This document shows, piece by piece, positions 1 through 12,020 of a stretch of DNA of 64,000 nt; positions within the stretch are counted from its first letter, which is position 1; the number at the start of each line of letters is the position of its first letter. The stretch lies in the NCBI GenBank assembly GCA_964016885.1, contig OZ024748.1, positions 35,340,001 to 35,404,000 of the forward strand, in the 5' to 3' direction. Below the pieces are notes generated by a model. It saw only the letters and a program-made list of their open reading frames with translations. It was not told where the DNA came from and did no database searches. The translations under genes were made by a program, and so were the position numbers. Source of the DNA: Eledone cirrhosa (Eukaryota).

Positions 1-157
1 CAAGTTAAATTATCAGACAAAATATAATATAGCTCAGTTTTATAAATAAATATTGACATACCCTTAAAAAATGCAACCATTACTGCTGGAAGCTCCCGGA
101 TAGTGGAGTTGTTTAATTATATTATTATTAGCATTGGATATTTTTATTTTTAAAATA
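1..157 (-). mobile_element. Inverted copy of the PLE pseudo-LTR (5' inversion of the element at 158-4009); continues left of the window
   Basis: The reverse complement of 1-157 aligns to 3681-3850 (ttattttaaaaataaaaatatcc...ccactatccgggagcttcc...aatttaacttg), with a short deletion in the HHR core. Confidence 0.85.
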
Positions 158-360
158 TGATTAATTGCACCATCTAAATCGGACCTTGGCAGACTTAGCA
201 AAAATATTCTGGACAGAATAATACCACAAATTAAGAATTTATCTAATTTATCTTATTTAAAATTATGGAAAGGAACTGGTGAAGTTATCGATTGATTTAA
301 AGAAATTAAATATAACTATAATAATAAGTTTATTCAGTTGGATATTGCTAACTAATACTC

Positions 361-401
<41 letters not shown>

Positions 402-2229
402 AGGCGGGTAAAATTCCCGAGATCCATGGACGAGTTCTCTCCAGCGGTCTCTGTCCCTCATTATCGCTGCCATATCCTGCATCTCCAACAGACCAGTGTC
501 TGTCCTTAGGGCATCAACATATGTTAACCTTGGTCTTCCTCTTCTAGTGTGTCCATGTAGGGGCTCCCAAAGGAGCACTGAGTGCAATGTCAACTCTGGA
601 TGTCGGTGAGCATGTCCAGCCAACCTCAGTCTTCTCTGTGTCACTTTTGAGCTGACTTTTGGGATGCTCCCATACAGCTCTGAGTTTTTCATCCTCAGTG
701 TATACTGATTAATGTTCAGAGCCATCCTCAGCATTCTCGTGTAGCACCCATCCACCATCTGAGTGAGTCTCTTGGTCAGTGTCCAAGTCTCAGACCCATA
801 CAGCAGCACAGACTCCACTACAGCATAAGGCACCAACTTACGCATTTAAACATACAGACATAACTAGCAATGAAATGCACATTATATTATCGGCACGGAA
901 AACATTAATAGAATTTAATAACCAACTCTGGACTAGGGCAGATAGAAATAATAATTTCGACATAACTATGGGATCATCCGATTCCGCTCAAGTAAAGGAT
1001 CTTGTGGGCCTAATTATAATTAATTCTCTACATAGAAAAATACCTGAGATAACCGGAGGTTTATATCGTGACGACATGCTTTTACTTATAGAAAATAATA
1101 ACTGTGAACTAAATAGAAAAAGAAAACAAATTATACAATTTTTTAATTACCTTAATCTAAAAGTAGAAATAGAGAATAACCATAAAATAGTCAATTTTCT
1201 AGATGTAACACTAAATCTTAACACATGTCTTCATATCCATTTCACAAACTAAATGCGAACTTAAATTACGTCAATTTTAACTCTAATCACCCCAGATCCG
1301 TTAAAAATACTATAGTGAACTCTGTACAAGAATGAATTTCGAGAATTTCAGCTAATAAGAATATATTTGATGAAAAAGCACATTATTACAACGAAGCGTT
1401 AGGTAGAGCTGGGTATAGAAATAAAATTAAATACATCGATAATAATAATAATAAAATAAAAACTCGCCATAATCGTAACAATTTTAACTATGGTAACAAT
1501 TTTAACAACTATAATAGAAAACCTTAATTAATTCCGAAAGCCGAAAAAGAAATAGAACTAGGAACATATTATGGTTCGCTCCTCCTTTCTCATTAAATAT
1601 TAAAACCCCTATTGCTAAACTATTTTTTAAAGCTCTTGACAAATGCTTCCCTAGAACACATAGATATTACTCAATTTTTAATAGACATACTATAAAATTA
1701 ACTTATTCTTCCACCAAAAATTTAGCGCAAAATATTAATAGAATTAATAATAGAAATTTAAAACCTAACCAAAATACCAATAATAACCCAAGCAATATTC
1801 AATCTGATAAATGTAACTGTAGAAATAAATCTAACTGTCCGTTAAATAACAATTGCTTAGCTAAAAATGTAGTATATAATTGTAATGTAAAAACTAATTT
1901 AAATTCATTTAATTATGTGGGATCTACTTCCACAGAGTTTAAATACCGCTTCAATAATCATAAAAATTCTTTTACAGATCCAAACAAAAAATCTTCAACT
2001 TATCTATCTAGCCTATTATGGGACCTAAAACTAAAGAACGTTGATTTGGAATATTATTTCAAAAGCTACTCCTTTTAACTCCTCTTCAGAAAATTCCGAT
2101 CTTTGTATAGAGGAAATATTCTTTATATTAAAGAGCAAAAATTCCCTGAACTTAAGGAATAATTTATTCAGTTGCTGCAGACATAGATTAAACTCAACGT
2201 TTAAATATAAATATAAATTTAAAATGTAG
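158..2229 (+). pseudogene. Penelope-like retroelement RT + GIY-YIG endonuclease, Naiad-like, 5'-truncated, with stops and frameshifts
   Basis: Manual translation gives LIAPSKSDLGRLSKNILD..LWKGT (161-277), FIQLDIAN*YSSI, FDITMGSSDSAQVKDLVGL, GLYRDDML and VNFLDVTLNL. It then gives CNCRNKSNCPLNNNCLAKNVVY...YVGSTSTEFKYRFNNHK (from 1812) and DLCIEE..LNLRNNLFSCCRH. An RTE fragment interrupts it at 361-823. Confidence 0.88.
361..823 (-). mobile_element. 3' fragment of an RTE-type LINE with a (TAGA)n tail, inserted into the PLE RT
   Basis: ORF 399..845(-) encodes VESVLLYGSETWTL...RRLRLAGH...RGRPRLTY, the RTE C-terminal region. The (TCTA)n tract at 361-400 is the tail. A sister copy lies at 46281-46591. 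Confidence 0.9.
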
Positions 2230-3345
2230 TATATAATTAATTAATTAATTTTATTAATATATTGAACCTGTCGATAAATCATTAGATTTCTTCATCTTTT
2301 TTGACTGATTACACACTCAAGTAAAAATAACTTTTCTTCCTAAATATAAATAAATATAAATATAATAAACTATTCTAGAGAAATATATTGAGAGCTCTTG
2401 AAAGGAGAAAATATTTCTTATTTCTTATTTTTTTTATTGTTTTTTTATTGTTCTGATAGCTTCTCCTATTTTCGAAAGTTTATCCTTTCAAAATTTTAAG
2501 TTAAATATACGTAAGATAAATTTCTATACTAAATCTATTAAACATACTATTATTTTGAAATTATAACTTAAAATATTCTATAATATTTTTAAATTGTATT
2601 GCTTTAAAGTTATATTGCTTATAATTATATTTCCAAATTGTAATATAATTCTTTTGTATTTTATGCACTCAATTATACTATGTATTGTATTTATATATAC
2701 ATCTCTCTATATGTATTTATGTATTTATATATACTTCTCTCTATATGTGAGTATATATGTATATGTGTGTATTGACATACATGTACATATGTTTTATGCG
2801 TTTTTATGAATGTATGTCTGTCTGTCTGTATATGTATGCGTGATGCGTATCTACCTATTGGCTGAGGGTACACACACATGTATATATATGTATATGTGAG
2901 AATTGTGTATATCCGTGTGCGTGTATATCCATACAATTTGATTGCACTTATGTATAGTGATTATCCCAAGATTCGTGACAGATAGACATATAATAACAGC
3001 CATAAATGCATAACAGGTAATCTTATAAAACTTATATTAAAAAAATTTGGTTTAATAACATAAAGCGTGTATAACATAAAATTTCCTTTAATATCTTAAC
3101 AATTATAGCATTTTAAGATTCCTATATCTTAAATTAAATTAAAGAATCCTTTATGCTTTGTGTGTATATATTATATACGTAGTTAGATATGTTATGTATT
3201 TTATAAGTGTGTATATATATTTATATGTATTTTTGCGTGTGTATACGTGTTATATGATATGTAGTTCTCTAGTAATATATGGATTTCTTAATGTATAGAT
3301 CCAAATTTTTAATATATTGATCTCAATTTTTAAATGATTAACTAA

Positions 3346-3547
3346 ACATCTAATCATATTTAAACAATGCTTAATTTCTCATATTATATGTGTATATTCC
3401 ATTCATGATTATTAATATTTCTAATTTTATTTATTCATGTCATCTCAATTGTTAAGTTAACTCAACAAGATATGACTTAGGGTTTCGTTCTCTCCCCTTC
3501 TCTCTGTCTCCTCTCTCTCTATATATCTTTCTCTCTCTGTTGTTTTG

Positions 3548-3618
<71 letters not shown>

Positions 3619-4009
3619 CTCTCTCTCTCTTTTTCTCTCTCTCCTACTTTATCTTTTTCTTTCTCTGTAACCCAACGGCTTATTTTAAAAATAAAAATAT
3701 CCAATACTAATAATAATATAATTAAAGAACTCCACTATCCGGGAGCTTCCAACAGTAATGGTTGCATTTTTTAAGGGTATGTCAATATTTATTTATAAAA
3801 CTGATCTATATTACATGTTGTCTCATGAAAACACACCATAATTTAACTTGGTGTCCTTGAAATATGTATAATGAAATAAATATGGTTTTATAAATATAGT
3901 TTCCATTTGTTAATATCGTATTTTTACTCCAAATATTTGTTGAGTGCTTTATATCAGTTATAAAAACATTTGCTTGTTATATCCGAACAATTTAAATAGA
4001 ACTTTTACA
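3346..4009 (+). mobile_element. PLE 3' pseudo-LTR with a degenerate hammerhead motif (CTCATGA...GAAA at 3822-3862), ending in (TA)n
   Basis: Near-identical copy at 7382-8106. Homologous or inverted pieces lie at 1-157, 6193-6340, 6620-6710, 7034-7290 and 38941-39362. Confidence 0.75.
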
Positions 4010-4028
4010 TATATATAATATATATATA

Positions 4029-4115
<87 letters not shown>

Positions 4116-4125
4116 TATATATATA

Positions 4126-4165
<40 letters not shown>

Positions 4166-4263
4166 TATATATATATTATATATATATATAAAATATATAT
4201 ATATATATATAAATTAATAAAATAAGGAATAAACAAAGAAACAGTTCCTTATATTAAAAAAAT

Positions 4264-4405
4264 TCATCATTTTACGATCGTTTCTAGGATATATATGTGT
4301 TAGAGTTGGTATGCATATTCTATAGATCTATGTACAATATTTATACAAACTATCAGAGGGAATATACATACCTACACATATATATGCTGTCTTCAGAAAT
4401 AATGA
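4264..4405 (-). ncRNA. Type I hammerhead ribozyme motif with a very long stem II
   Basis: Minus strand reads TCATTATTT-CTGAAGA-[105 nt, ends complementary]-GAAA-CGATCG-TA^-AAATGATGA. Stem I is 9 bp, stem III is palindromic (ACGATCGT), and the cleavage triplet is GUA. Confidence 0.75.
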
Positions 4406-5732
4406 TATTTGTTTATTGAAAAAAAACAAAGATTCAATACAATAGGTTTGTTTGGGAACAGGTTTTGAATTGACCAATAGAGAGATAGTGAGGGTCAGGA
4501 TAGTAATATAGTAGTAGAAGAACCTTAAATTATGGGTAGAGGAAGGTAGATTTCAGTTTTGGATGGAAAAGAATATTATGAATGAAGGATTATTTTAGGG
4601 AAGAAATAGGTCTTATGCTGACCTCAGAAATAATTTTATTTTTTCATTGAATAAAACCAACAAAGATCTAATATATTCTGTCTGTTTGGTAAGAGGTTTA
4701 GAATTAACCAATAAAAAGTTAATAATTGGCCAAATGGTAAAATAGTAGTAATTGAAGCTTATTTTAGGGGTGAAAATAGGTCAGGTGGTCAGTAAAAGGT
4801 ATACAAGCAGTTGCTGTTATAAAATAGTAATGCCAATACAAATATCTAAGGTGACTAAAGTTTTAAGATAAGAATGTTAGTGAAAAAAATACATCTATGA
4901 AAAGAATATAAATTAATTTAATTGATGGGTATATTTATATTGATAAAATTATACTAATACATATAGATATGATAGATAAGAGTTAGATGCAGTTGAAAAG
5001 TGCTGTTAAAGATGAGGGGAAATTAAAAGAATATAAAAATAATATATATATATATATATACTTATACATATATATATATACATATATATACACATACACA
5101 CACATATATATACACTTATATATATACATATATATACATATATATACACATACACACACACACATATATACATATACATATACATATATATACACACATA
5201 TATATATATATATATATACATAGATAATACATGCACATATACATACATACACATACATATACACACACATATACACTTATATATACATATAATTATTGGG
5301 GGGGGGGGATTAAATTTATTAGTGAGAAATAGTAAATATATATAGTTTTCAAGGAACATAGTCATAACCTGAAGTTAAAGCATTATATATGTTTACTTAA
5401 TGGTATCAGTTTTAGGAAATGATGTTTGTAAGAAGGAAAGCAAAATTATGTAGTTCATCAGTAGTAGAATATTAATTATAGGTTAACTGAATTAAAAATA
5501 GTTTATATATTAATTTCAAAAGTGTATATTAATTAGGTTTATAAATTTTAAAGCAGAATTATGTAGTTCATCAGTAGTAGAATATTAATTATTATAGGTT
5601 AACTAAATTAAAAATAATTTATAAATTAATTTCTAAATATATATTATATATATATATATATAATATATATATATAATATATATATATATAATATATATAT
5701 ATATTATATATATATATTATATATATATATAT

Positions 5733-5766
<34 letters not shown>

Positions 5767-5810
5767 ATATTATATATATATATATTATATATATATATAT
5801 TATATATATA

Positions 5811-6034
<224 letters not shown>

Positions 6035-6058
6035 ATAGAGAGAGAGATATATATATAG

Positions 6059-6130
<72 letters not shown>

Positions 6131-6235
6131 GTATATATATATATATATTATATATATATATTTATATATATATATATATATATTATATATATGATATTAA
6201 ATAAATGGAAACTATATTTACAAAACCATATTTAA

Positions 6236-6295
6236 TTCATTATATATATTTCAGGGATATCATATTAACAATATGTTATGCCTTCATCAGACAAA
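6236..6295 (-). ncRNA. Minimal type I hammerhead motif in an inverted PLE pseudo-LTR
   Basis: Minus strand reads TTTGT-CTGATGA-AGGCATAACATATT gtt AATATGATATCCCT-GAAA-TATATA-TA^-ATGAA. Confidence 0.7.
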
Positions 6296-6776
6296 ATACA
6301 ATATAAACAGTCTTATAAATAAATAGATATGACATACCTTTCAATCGACTTGCATTTGGGAAGTTGATTTGGCAGTAAAAAATATTGTGGACAGTTGTAA
6401 AAAGAAAGAGAGAAAGAAAGAAAGAAAGAAAAACGAAGAAAAAGAAGAAATGCATGTGACTAAATAGAGAGATATATAAAGATAGATAAAGAGAAGAACT
6501 TCATGTAAAGGAACAGAGAGAGATATATAGAGAGAGGAAAAAAGAAAGAGATAGATAGAGATAGATAGAGAAACTAGGTAGTTGAGTATCAGTTGATACA
6601 TTTATTTATTTATTTATTTATAAATATACTCCAAATACTTGTTGAGTGCTTTTATATCAGTTATAAATATTTACTCGTTGTTAACCCAACAATTTAAATA
6701 TAACTTTCCATATATATTATATATATATATATTATATATATATATATTATATATATATATATATTATATATATATA

Positions 6777-6893
<117 letters not shown>

Positions 6894-6936
6894 AAATATT
6901 AAACAAATAATGAATAAACAATTCCTTATATTAAAC

Positions 6937-6979
<43 letters not shown>

Positions 6980-6989
6980 CATATATATA

Positions 6990-7033
<44 letters not shown>

Positions 7034-8106
7034 CGATATTAATAAATGGAAACTATATTTATAAAACCATATTATTTAATTAAACATATTTAATTAAACT
7101 ATATTTATAAAACCATATTATTTAATTAAACATATTTCAGGGATACCACATTAAATTATGGTATGCCTTCATGAGACAAAATACAATATATAACAGTTTT
7201 ACAAATAGGTTTGACGTACACTTTAAAATACAACCATTACTTTTGGAGGTTGTCTGGATAGTGATTTGTTTATATAATAAGTCATAGTGTTAAGCACAAT
7301 TAGAGAAAGACGGAGAGAAAGAAGGAGAAAAGAACAAAGACAGAGAGAGAGAAAGAAAAGAGAAAGAAAACCTGGAGAAATATCTAATCATATTTAAACA
7401 ATGCTTAATTTCTCATATTATATATGTATATGTAAGGGCGGTGGATTAGCAGTATCGGTAGAGGGTCGGACGCCATGCTTTCCAGCATAGTTACGTCCCT
7501 TTACGATCTGATTTCAAATCCCGCCGAGGTTGACTTTGCCTTTCATCCTTACGGGGTCGATAAAATAAAGTACCAGTAATGCACTGGGTAATTGCTGGCC
7601 TTGTGCCTAAAGTAGAAACAATTGTATATGTATATTCCATTCATGATTATTAATATTTCTAATTTTATTTATTCATTTCATCTCAATTGTTAAGTTAACT
7701 CAACAAGATATGACTAAGGGTTTCGTTCTCTCCCCTTCTCTCTGTCTCCTCTCTCTATATATATCTTTCTCTCTCTGTTGTTTTGGTCTCTCTCTCTCTC
7801 TTTTCTCTCTCTCTCTTTTTCTCTCTCTCCTACTTTATCTTTTTCTTTCTCTGTAACCCAACGGCTTATTTTAAAAATAAAAATATCCAATACTAATAAT
7901 AATATAATTAAAGAACTCCACTATCCGGGAGCTTCCAACAGTAATGGTTGCATTTTTTAAGGGTATGTCAATATTTATTTATAAAACTGATCTATATTAC
8001 ATTTTGTCTCATGAAAGCACACCATAATTTAACTTGGTGTCCTTGAAATATGTATAATGAAATAAATATGGTTTTATAAATATAGTTTCCATTTGTTAAT
8101 ATCGTA
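7034..8106. mobile_element. Head-to-head pair of PLE pseudo-LTRs (7034-7380 minus, 7382-8106 plus), each with a CTCATGA-type HHR remnant
   Basis: Both arms end at the same pLTR position (...taatatcg) against (TA)n. HHR cores are at 7175-7135(-) and 8008-8048(+). Confidence 0.7.
7432..7624 (+). mobile_element. tRNA-derived SINE with a MetaSINE-like central domain
   Basis: Has A/B-box-like head and GACTTTGCCTTTCATCCTTACGGGGTCGATAAAATAAAGTACC. The target duplication TATATGTATAT flanks it, and it is absent from the homologous pLTR at about 3390. Confidence 0.85.
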
Positions 8107-8109
8107 TAT

Positions 8110-8206
<97 letters not shown>

Positions 8207-8216
8207 ATATATATAT

Positions 8217-8276
<60 letters not shown>

Positions 8277-8438
8277 ATATATATATATATATATATAATA
8301 TATATATAATATATATATAATATATATATATTATATATATATTATATATATATTATATATATATATAATATATATATAATATATATATAATATATATATA
8401 TATATTATATATATATTATATATATATTATATATATAT

Positions 8439-8564
<126 letters not shown>

Positions 8565-8566
8565 AT

Positions 8567-8766
8567 NNNNNNNNNNNNNNNNNNNNNNNNNNNNNNNNNN
8601 NNNNNNNNNNNNNNNNNNNNNNNNNNNNNNNNNNNNNNNNNNNNNNNNNNNNNNNNNNNNNNNNNNNNNNNNNNNNNNNNNNNNNNNNNNNNNNNNNNNN
8701 NNNNNNNNNNNNNNNNNNNNNNNNNNNNNNNNNNNNNNNNNNNNNNNNNNNNNNNNNNNNNNNNNN
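8567..8766. other. Assembly gap (200 N)
   Basis: Run of N inside a (TA)n tract. Confidence 0.99.
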
Positions 8767-8825
8767 TATATATATATATACTATATATATATATATATAC
8801 TAGTATATATATATATTATATATAG

Positions 8826-8867
<42 letters not shown>

Positions 8868-9107
8868 TATACATATATATTATATATATATATATAGTAT
8901 ATATATATATATAATATATATGTATATATATATATATATATATATACATATATATTATATATATATATATACTAATATATATATATACATATATATTATA
9001 TATATATATATACTATATATATATATGTATATATATATATATAGTATATATATATATATAATATATATGTATATATATATATATATAGTATATATATATA
9101 TATAATA

Positions 9108-9161
<54 letters not shown>

Positions 9162-9175
9162 TATATATAGTAGTA

Positions 9176-9291
9176 GCAAGAGTGATTATCTTGCGAGCAA
9201 GATAATCACTCTTGCCTCGTGGGAAAACCCCCGTCCAAACCCATGTAAGCGTGGAACACGGACGTTAAACTTTGATGATGATGATGATGAT
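9176..9291 (+). mobile_element. Short RTE-type 3' end with a (GAT)n tail and a 5' fold-back hairpin
   Basis: cgtccaaacccatg...ggacgttaaa-(GAT)n resembles the RTE tails at 10078 and 12021. A 19-bp inverted repeat lies at 9176-9215. Confidence 0.7.
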
Positions 9292-9322
<31 letters not shown>

Positions 9323-9419
9323 ATATATATATAATATATATATATATAATAGATATATATATTAAATATATAATATATATAATATATATATATAATATAT
9401 ATATATATATTAAATACAT

Positions 9420-9604
9420 AATTGTTTCTACTTTTGGCACAAGGCTAGCAATTTACCAGTGTATTATTGGTACTTTATTTTATCGTAAGGATGAAAGGCA
9501 AAGTTAACCTTGGCGGGATTTTAACTCAGAATGGCAAAGGGCAGTAACTCTATTCGTCAAAGCATGGCGTCCGACCCTCTACCGATACTGCCAAACCCCG
9601 CCTT
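9420..9604 (-). mobile_element. MetaSINE-like tRNA SINE copy
   Basis: Reverse complement of the 7432-7624 family. Confidence 0.85.
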
Positions 9605-9677
9605 TTTACATTAAATATATATATATATATTAAATATATAATATATATAATATATATTATATATATAATATATATTA

Positions 9678-10023
9678 TGGAGGCACATGGCTTAGTGGTT
9701 AGAGCATTGGCCTTGCAATCGAAAGGTTGTGAGTTCAATTCTAAGACTGGGTGATGTGTTGTTTCCTTGAGCAAGACACTTTATTTCACATTGCTCCAGT
9801 TTACTCAGCTGTAGAAATGAGATGATAGGGACTGAGGTCCCTATCATTCCACTGCAAAGTGGTCGTGTAGGTGCCACGGCAAAAAAGCACCCAGCACTCA
9901 CTGTAAATGAGGTTGGTGTTAGGAAGGGCATCCAGCTGTAGAAATAAAGCCAGAATCAGTTCCCGTCCCACCCTTGCAAGCAGGGAAAAAGTGGACGTAA
10001 AATGAAATGATGATGATGATGAT
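9678..10023 (+). mobile_element. Composite tRNA-SINE: tRNA head + CORE-like domain + cephalopod-type body + RTE 3' tail
   Basis: TGGCTTAGTGG A-box, GAGTTCAATTC B-box, CCTTGAGCAAGACACTTTA and AGGAAGGGCATCCAGCTGTAGAAA. The tail is nearly identical to the RTE end at 10078-10133. Confidence 0.8.
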
Positions 10024-10077
10024 ATATATATTATATATATAATATATATTATATATAATATATATATAATATATATT

Positions 10078-11903
10078 ATCATCATCATCATCATTTTACG
10101 TCCGCTTTTCCCTGCTTGCAAGGGTGGGACGGGTCTTATTCAGCACAGCATCTCTCCACTCGTCACGGTCCCTCGTCATCTCCACCGTGAGCTTCAATGA
10201 TCTGAGGTCTGTTCTCACCACCTCCGCCCATGTTTTTCGTGGTCTACCTCTACCACGTCTTCCTTCAACTGGCATTTCCTGGCACTTCTTCACCCATCGG
10301 TCATCCTCCATGCGCATCACATGTCCATACCACCTCAGTCTCCTCTCCCGTACACTACATTCTATCCCTCTCAGACACAGTTTCTCTCTCAACACATTTA
10401 TGCTGGGTCGTTCACGCACATTTACACTGCACATCCAACGGAGCATGCTTGCCTCATTTCTCTCCAGCCGTCGCATATCTTCTGCGGTAGCTGCCCATGT
10501 CTCACTACCATGCAGCATCGCGCTCTTCACACAGGCATCATACAACCGGCCTTTCGTACGCAGGGAGAAACCCTTCTTCGTCAACAGAGGAAGCAGCTCC
10601 CTAAACTTCTTCCAACCCGTCCTTATTCTAGATACTATGGCCTCGGAACACCCTCCTCCCATGCTAATCTGATCTCCTAGGTACCGGAAGCTATCCACCA
10701 CTTCTATAGCGCCCTCTCGCATTTGAAAAATGTGTCTATCAGTGCGACTTCTACTGTCTAATTTCCCTGTACATCTACTGCATACATATTTCTCCCTACC
10801 TGTTAGTTTGCCTGCTATCCCGCTACATCTCTTGTGTACCCAGGACCTACATTGTGTGCATTTTATAGAATTTATGCCAGTTCCTTTTCTGCATATCGAA
10901 CATGGCCATTTCCCTGACGGAATCAGGGTTTTGTCCTCTTTTCTACTCATCAACACTTTTGTCTTAGCTAGATTTACTCTCAGTCCTCTTGCTTCCAACT
11001 GCTGTTTCCATAGCCGGAATTTATTCTCTAGCTCCTCTACTGATTCTGCCATAAGAGCCAGATCGTCAGCATAGAGAAGTTCCCATGGACAGCCAGTCTT
11101 AAACTCCTCTGTTATGGCTTGGAGGACTATAATGAACAAGAGCGGGCTGAGGACCGAACCCTGATGTACTCCTACTTGTATCTGGAATTCCTCACTAAAC
11201 TCCATTCCTACCCTGACTTTACTGAGAGTACCTCTGTACAAAGTTTGCACTGTCCTTACAAGCCATTCCTCAACACCCAGCTTCCTTAGGGACCACCAGA
11301 TGACAGATCGGGGTACACTATCAAAGGCCTTCTCTAGGTCAACAAAGGCTAAGTATAGTGGCTTATTCTTCTCTAAGAACCTCTCGTGCATTTGTCTCAC
11401 CAAGAAGAGGGCATCTGTTGTACTCTTCCCAGGCACAAAACCAAACTGCATCTCATCTAGTTTGACCCTTTCTCTAATTAGTTGTGCTAAAATCCTTTCT
11501 GCCACTTTCATAACCTGATCTATCAGTTTTATACCCCTATAATTGCTCCTCTCCAAAGCATCCCCTTTACCTTTGTAGCAATTTATGAGAATACTGCTGC
11601 ACCAGTCTTTGGGTATGACACCACCATATATAGCCTGATTGATTATGCGTGCAACCAGTTTAGTGCCTACGTCCCCTGATGCCTTCAGCATCTCAGCAAC
11701 TATTCCCGATGGTCCGGCCGCCTTACCATTTTTCATTTCCCTAATCGCCTCTTGGACCCTATATTCGTCAATCTCAATAGCTGGTCCCTCTGTCGGATCT
11801 ACCAAGGGTAATTTCTCTCTCTCCCATTCGTTCTCCACATTCATCAGTCTCTCATAATGACATTTCCAGGCCTCCTTTTTCTGGTCATTCGTGACACTAA
11901 GTA
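10078..11903 (-). mobile_element. RTE LINE copy 1, 5'-truncated; open RT ORF (10096-~11900) with PHD-type finger and (GAT)n tail
   Basis: RT motifs KAAGPSG, NYRGIKL, QFGF, FVDLEKAFD, GVHQGSVLSP, YADD and FRYLG; C-terminal RRLRWYGH and RGRPRKTW. The endonuclease is missing because the copy is truncated into (TA)n. Confidence 0.95.
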
Positions 11904-12020
11904 CTATATATAATATATATTATATATATAATATATATATAATATATATATAATATATATTATATATATATTATATATAATATATATAATATATATTATA
12001 TAATATTTATATATATATTA

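Noticed and set aside
1333-1335. In-frame TGA in the Naiad-like ORF as selenocysteine
   Set aside because: It falls at an expected Arg position (SVQE*ISR), not at a conserved Cys. The ORF has other stops and frameshifts, and I saw no SECIS.
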